Below, one piece after another: positions 29,270-42,191 of a DNA stretch of 64,000 nucleotides. This DNA is from Chrysomallon squamiferum (Eukaryota > Animalia > Mollusca). The number at the start of each line of letters is the position of its first letter. The first letter of the stretch is position 1. The notes beneath the pieces were generated by a model that saw only the letters and a program-made list of their open reading frames with translations, was not told the DNA's origin and did no database searches. Both the position numbers and the translations under genes were made by a program. Where the stretch lies: contig CM022666.1 of NCBI GenBank assembly GCA_012295275.1, positions 12,276,001-12,340,000 on the forward strand, in the 5' to 3' direction.

Positions 29270-32200
29270 TTAAGGAACTGTTAAAAATATATTTGTGTAG
29301 ACTCCAGTGACTGATGAAAAGACAGGTGTAACCAAAGACAAAGTAACAGCTTTCATTGTGGAGCGGGCATTTGGGGGAGTATCAAATGGACCCCCAGAGA
29401 AAAAGATGGGAATAAAAGCATCTAACACAGCAGAAGTATACTTTGAAGATGTCAAAATTCCATTAGAAAATGTTCTTGGAGGTAAATATATATAAATATC
29501 TACACAGTATTTGTTTAAATATATATATATATGTAAAGACTTGTATTTGTGTGTGTGTGCTGGTTTGTGAATATATACATATATGTACGTATATACCCAC
29601 AAACAAATACACATACACACACACATACGTTAAATTTATATTATCTTTGACATATTTTAATTTATGAAGTATATTTAGTGACTGTTACAATATTTATGGT
29701 TTTAACTTAGACTGCACCTACAGTGATTGTTTTAGTTATATCAGTAATATCTTCAGTGTATCTTACCACTTATTCATCACATCAGAATGATAATACTTGG
29801 ACATTTTTTTTCTACTTCTGCCATAGTTCACATTTTTATTGTTAGATGATTATTCTCACTTGGGTAGTGAAGGTATTAAAAAGTTAATGTCAGGGTATGA
29901 TGTGGCTGTTATTTCTGAAACTATTTATTTTGATAGTATTATAGATACATAGCATAATAATACAGGTATAGTCAGTGATGTTTGTATTTTGTCAAGGTGT
30001 GGGGAATGGTTTTAAGGTTGCTATGAACATCCTCAACAGCGGCAGGTTTGGCATGGCAGCTGTTCTTTCAGGAACCATGGACTTATGCATCAGAAAAGCT
30101 GTGAGTTGTTTTCTACAGTTATTACTAATATTGTTAGAATCTACCTTCAGAATGTAAAATTAGTCTTAAAGTAATTTAAAACATTCATTTATAAAAGTTT
30201 GTTGTAATAATATGCAGCACAGAGAAAATTTAACTGTTTATTTTATGTCTAGCCAATAATTATCCTTGAAAATGCTTCAGTATTGTCAAATATTTAATTA
30301 AAGGATTATAATGTGTTTTGCTATTTCCCAGTCTAAACAGAGCCCATATCTAGTTTATCAAAGGTTGTGTGTTATGTTTTCTGGCTAGTTGAAAAGAAAA
30401 ATTCTTTGTAAATAAATATTGTTGGCACTAAAAAATAAATAAACACTAATATAGTAATAATATAAAATAACTTAATAATAGTGAAATGAAATTTAAAAAA
30501 TATAGTCACTGTAAGTGCGTATATATAAATTGATTCCAATTTCTACATTTTTATGTACAAAATTAAACTCTTTAAACACAACAAGATGGCAACCTCTGCT
30601 ATGTTTATTAATATTAAATTGGAATTGAGAAACTAAAACAATTATATTAAAATTTGTAGGAAAGTGTATTTTTCTTTTTTCAACCATCATGTGTAATTTA
30701 AGTATAAAGTTGTATAAACACACATTCCAGTGATGTTACAGTAGTTAACAACTATAGTTAATAAATGTGAGTGCAGATTCCAGTGATGTTGCAGTAATTA
30801 ATAAATATAGCATATAAAATGTAAGTACACTTTCCATTGATGTTACAGTAGTTAATGATTATAGTTAATGAATGTAAGCACACGTTCTAGTAACATTACA
30901 TCATTTAATGACTGTAGTTAATAAAATGTAAGCAAACTTTGCAGTGATGTTACAGTAGTAATAAAATTGTTGATTGTTGAATATTCTTTTTTTGCAGGTT
31001 GAACATGCGTCTCAGAGAGTTCAGTTTGGTAAGACGATAGACCAGTATGGAGCCATACAGGAGAAAATAGCTAGAATGGCTGTGTTGAAGTATGTAACAG
31101 AGGTGAGTGGTGTTTTCTCTGTCATCTGACACACAAATCTCCCAGTACCACCCAACATGTTCTCTGTGCAGCATACGTCAGATAGATGTTTGTACTTAAA
31201 CAGAACAGGATGAGAATCTTGTGTTTCAAATGCTTGGCTCTGGAAATGTTTCAGATTAGTGGATATACAGAGATAGCTTGAGAATCAGATACTCTTTTTA
31301 ATAATTTTGAGCATAAAAAGCCACTTTTTTGTATGCTTCTAAACCATTTGAAAACTACAGGATATCTGGGTATCAGATGGTTCAAACAAAAATGGATTTC
31401 AAAGCTTTTTGGATAAGGGATCCCTAGCCTGCATAAAATTTTAATTGAATATTCTGTGGTATATAACAGCTTGGTAAAGTTTTATGATTTACAAAAAATG
31501 TGAATTGTTGTCTTTTGATCTTGTTTTACCTTTGTGTCTCAGTATTTAGACAAATAAATTATATACTTGTATGTAAAGCAATTTAGTATTTTTAAGAGCC
31601 AGGTTGGATATTAGAAATAAGAACAACTCAATTAATTAAATACAGTCTTTTATCATGTCCATCTCAGTCAGTTTAATTTGTATACAACAGTTTATAATAT
31701 TCAGTTTGTGTTTTTTATTTTTTTAACTACAGTCAATGGCATACATGTTATCTGCTAACATGGACAAAAAAGCAACAGAGTTTCAGATTGAGGCTGCCAT
31801 CAGCAAAGTGTTTGCATCTGTAAGTTTATTTTCATTTTTACTTCATTGTAATAATACATTATTAGTAAAGTGTTTGGAATTGAACTTTTAGTTTTTCATT
31901 GCATTACTTGTTTAGCTATTGTTAATGAAGTAAACATGAAAGAATCACTTCTCAGCCATTTACTAGTTTAGTAGTTTGCCATTCTGCAGCTTGTTAATTA
32001 AGAGAAATTTTGGGTTCATGGAAAGGAATTGTAAGATATTTTTTGCTGCCAGCTGACAAAAGTTGGATGTAAGTGTCTTCATTCACATCATAAAACCGAT
32101 AATAAACAAATAAGACAAATCTAAACATTTCTAGTAGTAAAGTTTTTATTTAATTCAGCAAATCATTACTTCACACCATTATTATGTGGCTGTACTGATT

Positions 32201-35200
32201 ACATCTTTTTCTTTCTTTATTACTTTAATTTATTTTTTTTTTTTTTTTTTTAATGTATTTTTTTAAAATGGACTTTTTATCATTGCATTCTTTTATAGAA
32301 TTTGTTTTATTTGACTAAATTATTTTATTTCAGGTAGTGAAAACTCGTTTAAGTAAACATTTTGTATTTCTTTTTATTTGTTATAAGTTTTTTTTTTGTT
32401 ATTTGTTTTGTTTATTATTATATTTTTTCATTAATTTTCTTAATAGTTTAATTTACATTCTATTTTAATAACTATGACTGTTGTTCTTAAATAACCCTAA
32501 ACACTGAATACGTAGTTCATTCACTGATAAATATATGTTGTTGTTATTGTCGGCATTTCATTCAAAATATATTAATCTTATTGTTATTGTAAGTTATTGT
32601 TATTATTACTGTTGTTGTTCTTATTATTGTTAATATTATGATTATTAATATTGTTCTTGTTATTGTTATTGAGTAAAGAGTTAATACTGATACTTTTCTA
32701 AATTAAATGTCAATAACATTCTTATTATGATTGTTATTGTTACTACAACTACTTTTGCTATTATTACAGCTCTTGTTACTGTTATTGTTGGATTTTTAAA
32801 ATCAAAATTTCTTTATTTTTCTTTCAAAATTTAATTTATAGGTAACTGCAGACATTGAATACAATAAAATATGGATAGTATAAATTATGTGATAATTCTA
32901 AAAATGTGTAGAAGCCTCTGAAATTGGCAGAGTAATTTGCAGCATGGTACTAGGCAAAATGTTAACTATGTTATTTTGTTTTTGTTGTTTGTACTGTTGC
33001 AGTTATTTTTGTTCTTTTACCAGAACACCTCTGTTTTAAAATTAACTGAACTAAACTGCAGATTATGGTTCTGTGTTAACGTGTACTAAATGAAATAACA
33101 GCCATATCATTTCATTTGTTAATAAAAAAAATACAACATGACATTTAAAATGGTTCCTTTAAATAACATAAAACAAAAACAAAGGAGTGACATAAATTTA
33201 TTAATGTGTATTATTAAACTCTGGTTTCAGGAGGCAGCTTGGTACTGTGCAGATGAAGCCATCCAGGTTCTTGCAGGCATGGGCTACATGAAGGTTGGTT
33301 TTCTTTTTCATCACTTGTTTCTGTCTTAAACCAGAAAAACTTGCTACTTGTATAATCTGAAATTTTGTTTTAATGTTTCTTATAATTTGTTCTTCACACT
33401 GGCCTAATAAACTATGTAAATGAAATTACCAATAAACTTCAGGCTTGTTAATTTCAACTTTGTTGTATTTCACTTAACTAAAAAAAATTAAATAGGTTTT
33501 TTTTTTTATTTGTGCAGCTTAAAACAAAATTTATGAAATATTTTAAATTAAATAAAATTTAAAAAAAAGAACAAGAAAAAATATATTTCAGCTTTGAAAA
33601 TATGGAACATAATGAAAGATCATGTCATTTTTATTTAAGTTAACAATAACTTAAAGTTTTTGTTGTGAAGGCCATTTAAAAGTTCTTAGTAGCAAGAACC
33701 AAATAAAAAAAAAAAAAAATAAGGATTCAGTAACAGTGTTGCCAATGTTACAAGTGTTTTTATATTTTCGCTGCTTTCAGGAGTGTGGGTTAGAACGAGT
33801 CATGAGGGATGTTCGTATCTTCCGTATCTTTGAAGGAACAAATGACATTCTTAGGTTGTTTGTGGCTCTTACTGGTATTCAGGTAACTACATTTGTTGAT
33901 AATGTTCAATTATTTATTTTTTAATTTTTTTTTATTATAAATGTTGAATAATTTTGTTTATAAAAGATAGCATTATTGTTGCATTTTTAAATGCATATCA
34001 CTGTTTAGTAAGATGAAAGTTACTTTCTTAGCCACTCTGTGTGACAACTACTCACCTCTAATGGCCTCACATTTTAACTCTTATCTGGCAGACATTTTTG
34101 TCTTGTCTTTTTTCTGTGGTTGTCACAGACACATTTGAGTGTATAGCTGTTAATAATAGTAATTTTGTAAATACCAGTGTATAGTAAATATAGGTATTAA
34201 AGAATATGTGTCATTTGATTGCAGTATGCTGGTCTCCAACTAAAACAACTGCAGAAGGCAATGAAAAACCCAGCAGGAAATCTGGGAATGTTGTTTGGTG
34301 CAGGAGCTAAAAGAGCAAAAAGGTTTTATTTCAAAATGTTCAAAAACTTTGTTTACTGAACACTGAATTATGAAGATCTGTCATATTTAAATAAAATATT
34401 AGGTTTTTTTTGTTAAGATATTACATCAAAGTAACAATTAAATTTTTTTTTTTTATTAGTTATTTCACTACAGATGCCAGGTTATAGGAGACTTGAAATT
34501 GTGGCTTGTTTGTTTTAAAAATTCTTATTTTGGTATGGCTTACTGTAAGTAAAATTCTCTTGAACCCACGATAGTTCACAGAACTGAGCTGGTGGGTTTA
34601 TCTGTTTAGATATTAGTTTAACTAGTTTTTGTTGTATGTTTTTAGAATTTTATTGTTGTCTATATTCTTTTTAAGATAGTGATTATAAATAAATAAAAAT
34701 ATTGGTCTTTATATAGCATGTGTTTACTTATGTTTTCATTTTCAGAATGGTAGGTGTGAGTGGGGGACTTTCTCTGACAGAGTTTGTACATCCTGAACTT
34801 GCTGACTCAGCCAACAAAGTAAATTTCTTTTCTTTTCCTTGATATTATTCACTTTCATTTGATTGATTTAATGTGATTGAGACCATTTTTCTGATTTAAT
34901 ATCTTTAATGCCAATGATTCCAATACTAGTCTCAATGCCAGTTTTAATAACTTATCTTTCCTTGTACCAGTAACACTTCAGTCATCTGATATGAACGTGC
35001 ACTTCCTTTCAGTAACAATTTTCTAATTCCAGAACAGCCTGAAATAAAGATAAATGTTTTGATATCAAAACAGTCTTGCAATAATAAAAATGTAATTTTA
35101 CTGATATCAGTAAAACAATTCACTCTTTATATTGGTTATTGTGATAAAGATTGGCAATCAGAATTCTTTAATTCTAATATATACAGATCATTCATCATAT

Positions 35201-36206
35201 CAATAAACATTTTTTTTATATATATATATCGGTTATTGTGATAAAGACTAACAGACAGGCAGAGTTCTTTACATGATATAAAAAGGTAAAAATCCTTCAT
35301 CATAACAATGAATCTTTTAATATTCAGTTATCAGTATAAATAAATGACAGTTGTTAATCTATAAAGTAACACAGTTAATGTTTATTACTTGTTTTATTTC
35401 AGGCGGCTGCTGCTGTTGAAGATTTTGGGATATCAGTTGAAAACCTTTTAATTAAATACCAGAAGTCAGTTATAGGTGTGCAGAAAACAACTATCTCTTC
35501 TGTCAGACCCTGCCTTTTTTGTTCTCAATTTTAATCAAGTTACATATTTTTGTGATCAGTCCCATCAGTGGGTTACATGTTCAGATTCTGATAGTTACTG
35601 ATAATTTTATTTTGTTTTCATGTTTTTCACTTCATCAGTGTTTTATAAAATAATGTGTGAATTTTATAGATAATTAAGTTTTAATTATGAGTTATAAACA
35701 TTTTTATTGATATTTATTTTTTATTAATTGGTACAAACTATTTTAAAAATATTATAATTTTCTGTTACTATTTTAATAATACTGTAATTGTCTGTTAATA
35801 TTTTAATAATACCATAATTTTCTGTTAATATTTTAATATAATTTTCTATTAATGTTTTAACATTATAATTTTTTGTTAATATTTTATTATAATTTTCTGT
35901 TAATATTTTAATTTTCAGATGAACAGTTTCTGCTGAAACGGCTAGCGAATGCAGCCATTGACATATACGGAATGGTTTGTGTCTTGTCTCGCGCGTCTCG
36001 CAGTTTGACTGAGAACCACTCGTCTGCTCAACATGAAAAGCTGCTGTGTACGGTGTGGTGTGATGAGGCCAGCTGACAGAGTTCACGGTGACCTCAAGAC
36101 TGTCGGTGACCCTGCAGCCAAAAAAACCTTCGACAGACTTGCTCAGATCTCACAGGAAGTTGTTGCAAATGGCAGTGTAGTGCAGCGAAATCCAGTTGGA
36201 TTCTGA
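24893..36206 (+). CDS. ACADVL: Very long-chain specific acyl-CoA dehydrogenase, mitochondrial; 18 exons: 24893-24966, 25494-25539, 25796-25868, 26160-26224, 26962-27070, 27457-27551, 28022-28153, 28802-28915, 29301-29481, 29997-30100, 30998-31102, 31733-31819, 33231-33293, 33781-33882, 34225-34322, 34746-34818, 35403-35475, 35919-36206 (one extra nt near 36068-36071)
   Basis: Arg-rich presequence [11 protein letters not shown], then [94 protein letters not shown] (catalytic Glu), VLCAD-type C-terminal domain and terminal NPVGF. All introns are GT-AG with consistent phases. Summed length 1882 nt = 3n+1. Confidence 0.95.
30720..30965 (+). repeat. Diverged minisatellite (about 54 bp x 4-5) in ACADVL intron 10
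   Basis: Recurring CACATTCCAGTGATGTTACAGTAGTTAA...TATAGTTAATAAATGT(A/G)AG units ending about 30 bp before the exon 11 acceptor. Confidence 0.85.
31206..31431. mobile_element. Candidate Tigger-type MITE in ACADVL intron 11
   Basis: Left end CAGGATGAGAATCTTGTGTTTCAAATGCTT and right end AAGCTTTTTGGATAAGGGATCCCTAGCCTG are imperfect inverted repeats. They resemble Tigger-family termini as I recall them (CAGGTTGAGTATCCCTTATCC...). Confidence 0.45.
35745..35915 (+). repeat. Minisatellite (24-30 bp units) forming the 3' end of ACADVL intron 17
   Basis: Repeated ATAATTTTCTGTTAATATTTTA(A/T)T units run directly into the acceptor ATTTTCAG at 35911-35918. Confidence 0.85.
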
Positions 36207-36602
36207 GATTATCATTTAAAAATAATAGTTTTCTTTTTTTTTTAGAGGTGTGTTTATGTGCCTTCTGTTTGAGTTGGGTGACTGTACTGTTGAGTTGTGT
36301 TTACCTGTTAAAGATGTGCGTGTGTGCTTGTTATATTGATGAAAGCAATGGCAGAACCACATACTTTTGGTACTTTGAGTTATTTTTAGCTTTCAACTCT
36401 TAGTAACTCTTTCATTAAGCTGATGAACTCTTAACTTTGTGTTTCAAGTGAAAAATAGAAACAGAAAGAAGTTTTGTGTAAAAAATATTGACTATGATGT
36501 CATTTTATTTATAAACCTGAAATACATTAATTATTTGTGAAGAAATGGTAATTTACGTTTTGTCATTTTCAAGAAGAATTTTTATCTTTGTTTATATTAT
36601 TA

Positions 36603-36661
<59 letters not shown>

Positions 36662-38517
36662 AATATAAAAATTTAGGGTAGGTTTTTTTTTTTTTTTTTA
36701 AAATAATACAAGATTAAAATGTTAATTTTAAACAGAAGTCTCACATAGGCAGACACATTAATACTTCTGTGTAGAAACATTCCAATATTTTTCACAGTCC
36801 TGAAAAACACTGTAGATAACAATTAAAATTCTCTGCTTGTTTTACAGCTGTTACCTCTAAATTAGAATGAAATACTTTAGCAGGGCTACTGATGTGCTCT
36901 TTTGAAAGTGTGAATGTGTCACTGTCCAAACATCATGTAAGATTCATTTTTATTATTGATTTTCAAATTGCATTTATCTACAGTAATAACAGTTACTTCT
37001 CTGTAAAGATCAATGAAATATGTAGTTTAAAAAAAATAAAAATACCAACAACCATAATATAAAATTGGGTTAAAAATGGAGCTAAACAATGATAATTGAA
37101 ATGGTTTTGTTGTCTTTGTCGCTAGTTCTTTAAGTTTAAGAAATAAAAGTTTAATTCATTAAGATTATTATTATTTTTTTTAATGATATAGATCTACAAT
37201 ATATTTTTAATTTGTTTATAAACTGGTTGTTAATTTTGTTTAACTTGCATTTCTCTGTCTGTCTGTCTTTCTCTCACCTTCTTTCTTTCCCACTTTACCT
37301 TCTTTCTCTCCCACTCTACCTGCATTCACATTACTGTATATAAATATTAATTATTTATAATTAGACGAAAAGACTAAATGTGGTTTCTTTATTTATATGC
37401 ATCTAAATAAACATTTTTTTTTTTATTTCTTTCATTTTTATTTTTATATTTTTTATGTTCTAGAAGCATCTGCTATGTTTGGTAACATCAGAGTGCAGTT
37501 TTAATTTTTGTAATTTGTAATGGCATGCCCATTAATTTAGTTTTCTAAAAGATGAATTAATAAATCAAAATCTTGTTGATTAAAGTTAAACATCTTAACT
37601 CATACTCACATCTAGTCCAGAGTATCAGGGTTCTTAACTGATGAAATGACAACCAGTGGACATCTCTGTCACTATATTATTACTCATCTCTAAAACAAGT
37701 TTAATCAGCAGTTCTGTGGGTGCTAAATTGTTTCAGTGGAAAAATCTATTACAATCACTGCGAAAATAGCAAGTATCAATCATCCATACTGTTTTTATGA
37801 CATTTTGATCAGTACCAGTATCCATTTTATCATTTTTAAAACATTTCTAAGTCCAGTAGGTTTTTTTTTTTCTTCTTCTTCTTCTTTTGCTATTTATTTT
37901 ATGTAGTTTGGTTTAGTAGTTATACAATTAGAAGTGTGCAGTCAGTATGTGTTATTGTTTAACAACAGAACCAAACTTTATTCCATGCTTGGTCCAGTCT
38001 GTGATATTTTAAATCCATTAAGTTGTATATTTTTTGTACAGCTGAAAAACACAGATATTGTAATTCAGTTCAAACACAATGTATGAACTAACAATCATCA
38101 CAATTTTTTTTTTTGTCACAATTTACTTATCAGTGAATATCTTATTAGAATTTATCAATAATGACAGTATTTTATAAATGTATTAGAATATAACCAACAG
38201 TGATGACAATATTGTATAATTTTATTAAAATACAATTAACAGGTATAATTTTATTAAAATGTAACTAGTAAGGATGACTGGTCTATAATTATTATTTTTA
38301 TATAATTTAAATAACAATGATGAGTAGTTTTATTAGAATGTAAATTAAAATGAATGTTCAGAACATTACATTACAATTCTGTTTAGGGTTTTATGTATTT
38401 TAATCAGTTAAAAGTTTATAAATATCAAAATTAAAGTTTATTTATTTGTATAACAAAGAAAAAAATTATAATTTATAATTTTTTATTAAAATGAATTAGG
38501 TCAGTAATTTTTATAAC

Positions 38518-38591
<74 letters not shown>

Positions 38592-38746
38592 GGTTGTTAA
38601 ACTCAGGCAGTGGATATGCCCCAGATGTTTATGTTTTGCTTGTTTTAGTACATTTAATTATGTATCTGTGCATGTTTTTATACGGTGTGGGTGTTAACAA
38701 TAAATTATATATTGCCTTACACGACTACTTATTCTAGGACGTATAC

Positions 38747-38802
38747 AGTTACAGTTAGTTGTGTTACAGTTAGTTGTGTTACAGTTAGTTGTGTTACAGT
38801 TA
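38747..38802 (+). repeat. 15-bp tandem repeat (AGTTACAGTTAGTTGTGTT type, about 3.5 copies)
   Basis: GTTACAGTTAGTTGT repeated head-to-tail. Confidence 0.85.
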
Positions 38803-38895
38803 CTTTACAAAATGGTTTTATATAGATAGGTAGAGAGACAGATATATACATATATATATATATATTGTTATTAGACACGATAAAATCTATAATTA

Positions 38896-38929
<34 letters not shown>

Positions 38930-39173
38930 GTTTTGTACTGAATCTTTTATTTTTACATATGTTAACTAATATATATATATCTTTTTATTATTATTACAAG
39001 TTTTTATTGTAAAGTTAGGAATAGAAATAATAATTAAAAGTGAAAATTAATTTTCGTTTTAGGTATTTTTTTTAAATTTCTGTTCATTATTACTATTCAA
39101 CAAAATGATAATTTTAACATCAAAAAATAATTAAAAATATAATTAATATATACAGATATGTGTATAGTGTGTG

Positions 39174-39211
<38 letters not shown>

Positions 39212-39280
39212 AGTGTGTAGAAATACACTGAGTTAATATATATTCAGGTAAAGCCATCTTCAATGAGTATTAACATGCCA

Positions 39281-39323
<43 letters not shown>

Positions 39324-40154
39324 TTTACTAAATTTTATAAAAATCTGTAGTTTGACTATGCATAACATTTTTCTTATTGACAGATGTAATAGTTTTCTGT
39401 AAAACTGAGTTAGTAAAACAAATATATGATTTTTTATGATTACTGTTATATACTGTAATTATATTATATTATTACTGGACATATTCCTGCTATTTATTAA
39501 TTACTATGGCACTGATTATATATTTTTTTAAAGTTTTTGGAGGGATAGATCACAATAAATAAATCTAAGAATAAAAATATTTAATTTAAGATAAGTCATT
39601 ATTTACAATAACATAAACTGTTCGTACAAGAAACTTTGGTTTTCGTTATTTTAAATATTAAACATTTCTGTTTCTAAATTTCAGGCACAAATTGATGCAA
39701 TAATGAAAGAAAATAATTTGGCCAATCAAAAATAATTTAAATTTTCTATGTAAGTGTTTGAGAGACTATTCTGTAAACACTGGCAATGCCTCAATGCAAT
39801 CTGTATTTATAAACTTTTACTTAAAACATCGTTTTAATCTTTCATGTATTATGACAACATTAAACTATTTAAACACATTCCAAATTTTGTTCTTTTCAAT
39901 TTTTTATTTATAATACGTTTTAAATTGAAATTTAAATCCTTAGGGGTTTTTTTATTATGTTTTTCTTTGTTTTTATCTTTTCTTTTATTTTATTTACTTA
40001 TTTATTTAGTTATTTATTTATTTATTTGTTATTTTATTTTAATGATTGCATGGATCCTTCATCATCAGTTGTCATTCAGACATATAACACTAATCCTGTC
40101 AATGGATACAATGCAGAAAACTAGAAATTGACATAAATGTGGCATAAAGATTAG

Positions 40155-40156
<2 letters not shown>

Positions 40157-40248
<92 letters not shown>
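40157..40248. repeat. (CT)n microsatellite, representative of many (AG)n, (AC)n, (AT)n, (AAT)n and (ATAC)n tracts across the window
   Basis: Direct reading. Other tracts lie at about 2560, 10780, 15200, 25565-25655, 36610, 38520, 41010-41125, 41580, 42125, 45045, 45915, 47100-47225, 48035-48125, 48955, 53025-53095, 53445-53525, 58400, 60990, 62610. Confidence 0.97.
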
Positions 40249-40252
<4 letters not shown>

Positions 40253-41009
40253 TTAATTGCCCTCGGGTATCGAGCCACCTTATTCTGAAACAACAACTCT
40301 TCTGTAGCTTACCACAGAAAGAAACAAAACGTTATCTAGAAGTCGTGTTACATTCAGAAACAAGGAAACTTTACAAACTTGTGCTATAAATCAACTCTGA
40401 CGTCGAAATCAGTTTACTTGACAGATTTTCATGGCTATCGTAAGCAGCATGATCGATAAACTCCGATCTCCGTTACTGTTAACCATCAGCTCTGATTTAA
40501 ACATAAACGAAATCACCTACAGTCTGAAGCAAAACCACAAAACCTAATCTCTTGTCCCTTTACCAAACAGGTGTTTAGGTTGCGCGTTATGAAGAAACCA
40601 TGTTTGAATGTTACGTATTTCTTTTTTTTAAGCTTTTATGTTTGCCACTTATGGCCTTCACAAATCTTTTTTTCCCTAATTTAGCGTCCTGCCATGCCTA
40701 AATCGGAACATCTTTCGTTGATTCTATTTTACCGTTTTGGTAAATCTAACATCGTTATGGTAATTAAGTTTAGAATTATGGAACGATTTTATTGCATTAA
40801 TCGATAAACTTTTTTAGTCATAATTTAATAGCAATAAATAATAATAATAAAAAAAAATGCTCAAATTTGTCAAATTATTTCAGTTAGAGGTATTTACAGC
40901 AACAAATAAATGTTTCTTTCTCTCTGTCAATGAGCATTTGTGCATATTGTGTTTATACCTGTGTACATTCACTTATCTACTTATCGACACATATAAATAT
41001 ATTCATACC

Positions 41010-41052
<43 letters not shown>

Positions 41053-41069
41053 GTATCTATATATATGTA

Positions 41070-41138
<69 letters not shown>

Positions 41139-41578
41139 ATATTTGAATACGTGCATACCTGCATATATATACACATACTTCCGCATATATTTATTTGTTC
41201 ATATTTGTGTGTGTGTGTGTTTTGTGTGTGAAATGGCAGAGTACAGGAACAAATGATCTGTGATAAAACTTGAAGGAAAATTGACAAATGTCCATTATCT
41301 TCTACCTTCCTACACAGAAAGAATTTTAAAAACTTCCTGAAAGGCGAGTACGACTGGGACATTTGAACGCAATCTGTGATCAATCGACTGTCAAGTCGTG
41401 ATTGAAGAAAGTATAAACGTATACATACTTACACCCACGCACAAAATATGACATTTTTTGTTCTGACATATAACACATACATATCCATCCATCTATTTAT
41501 CTCTGTATTTCAGCACACACGCACACGCACAATGCAGAAAAGCGAAATTTTAATGAATGCGGCATAAAGATTAGTATG

Positions 41579-41658
<80 letters not shown>

Positions 41659-42117
41659 CTTGTATTTATTCATGCATGTTTGTGTACATACATCTATTTA
41701 TCTCTGTATCTCAGCACACATGCACACATTCACATATACATTGTAATTATTGTTTATTGTTAAGACGAATGAGTAATCAGAAAATGTAATAGGAAACTGA
41801 AGAAGGGTTTAAGATGTGCTGGGCTGTCCCACTTCCTTAACAACAGTTTAAACAAAAACAGAATATGTGTTTCAAATGTCACTCAACTTCATCAAATTAC
41901 GAAGTAATCTCAGGCAACACAGTCATGTTACAAACTGTCACAGTATTTATAATATGTAAGAAATATTAAAATAACACTTTTACATAACAGAACAGTATAC
42001 CTTAAGATGGTTTGAGTTATTTTAGTATTTAAGTATTAAAACGAAAATTAATTAAATGACATAAAAATAAGTTTGCGCAACAAGAGAGTACTAACCCATT
42101 CTGATAAACAAAACTTC

Positions 42118-42191
<74 letters not shown>

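Noticed and set aside
36068-36072. Micro-intron GCCAG explaining the frameshift
   Set aside because: Five nt is far below spliceosomal size, and removing 5 nt would not restore the frame.
36074-36091. Selenocysteine or stop readthrough at the ACADVL TGA
   Set aside because: Another in-frame TGA follows at 36089-36091 and homology continues only in the +1 frame.
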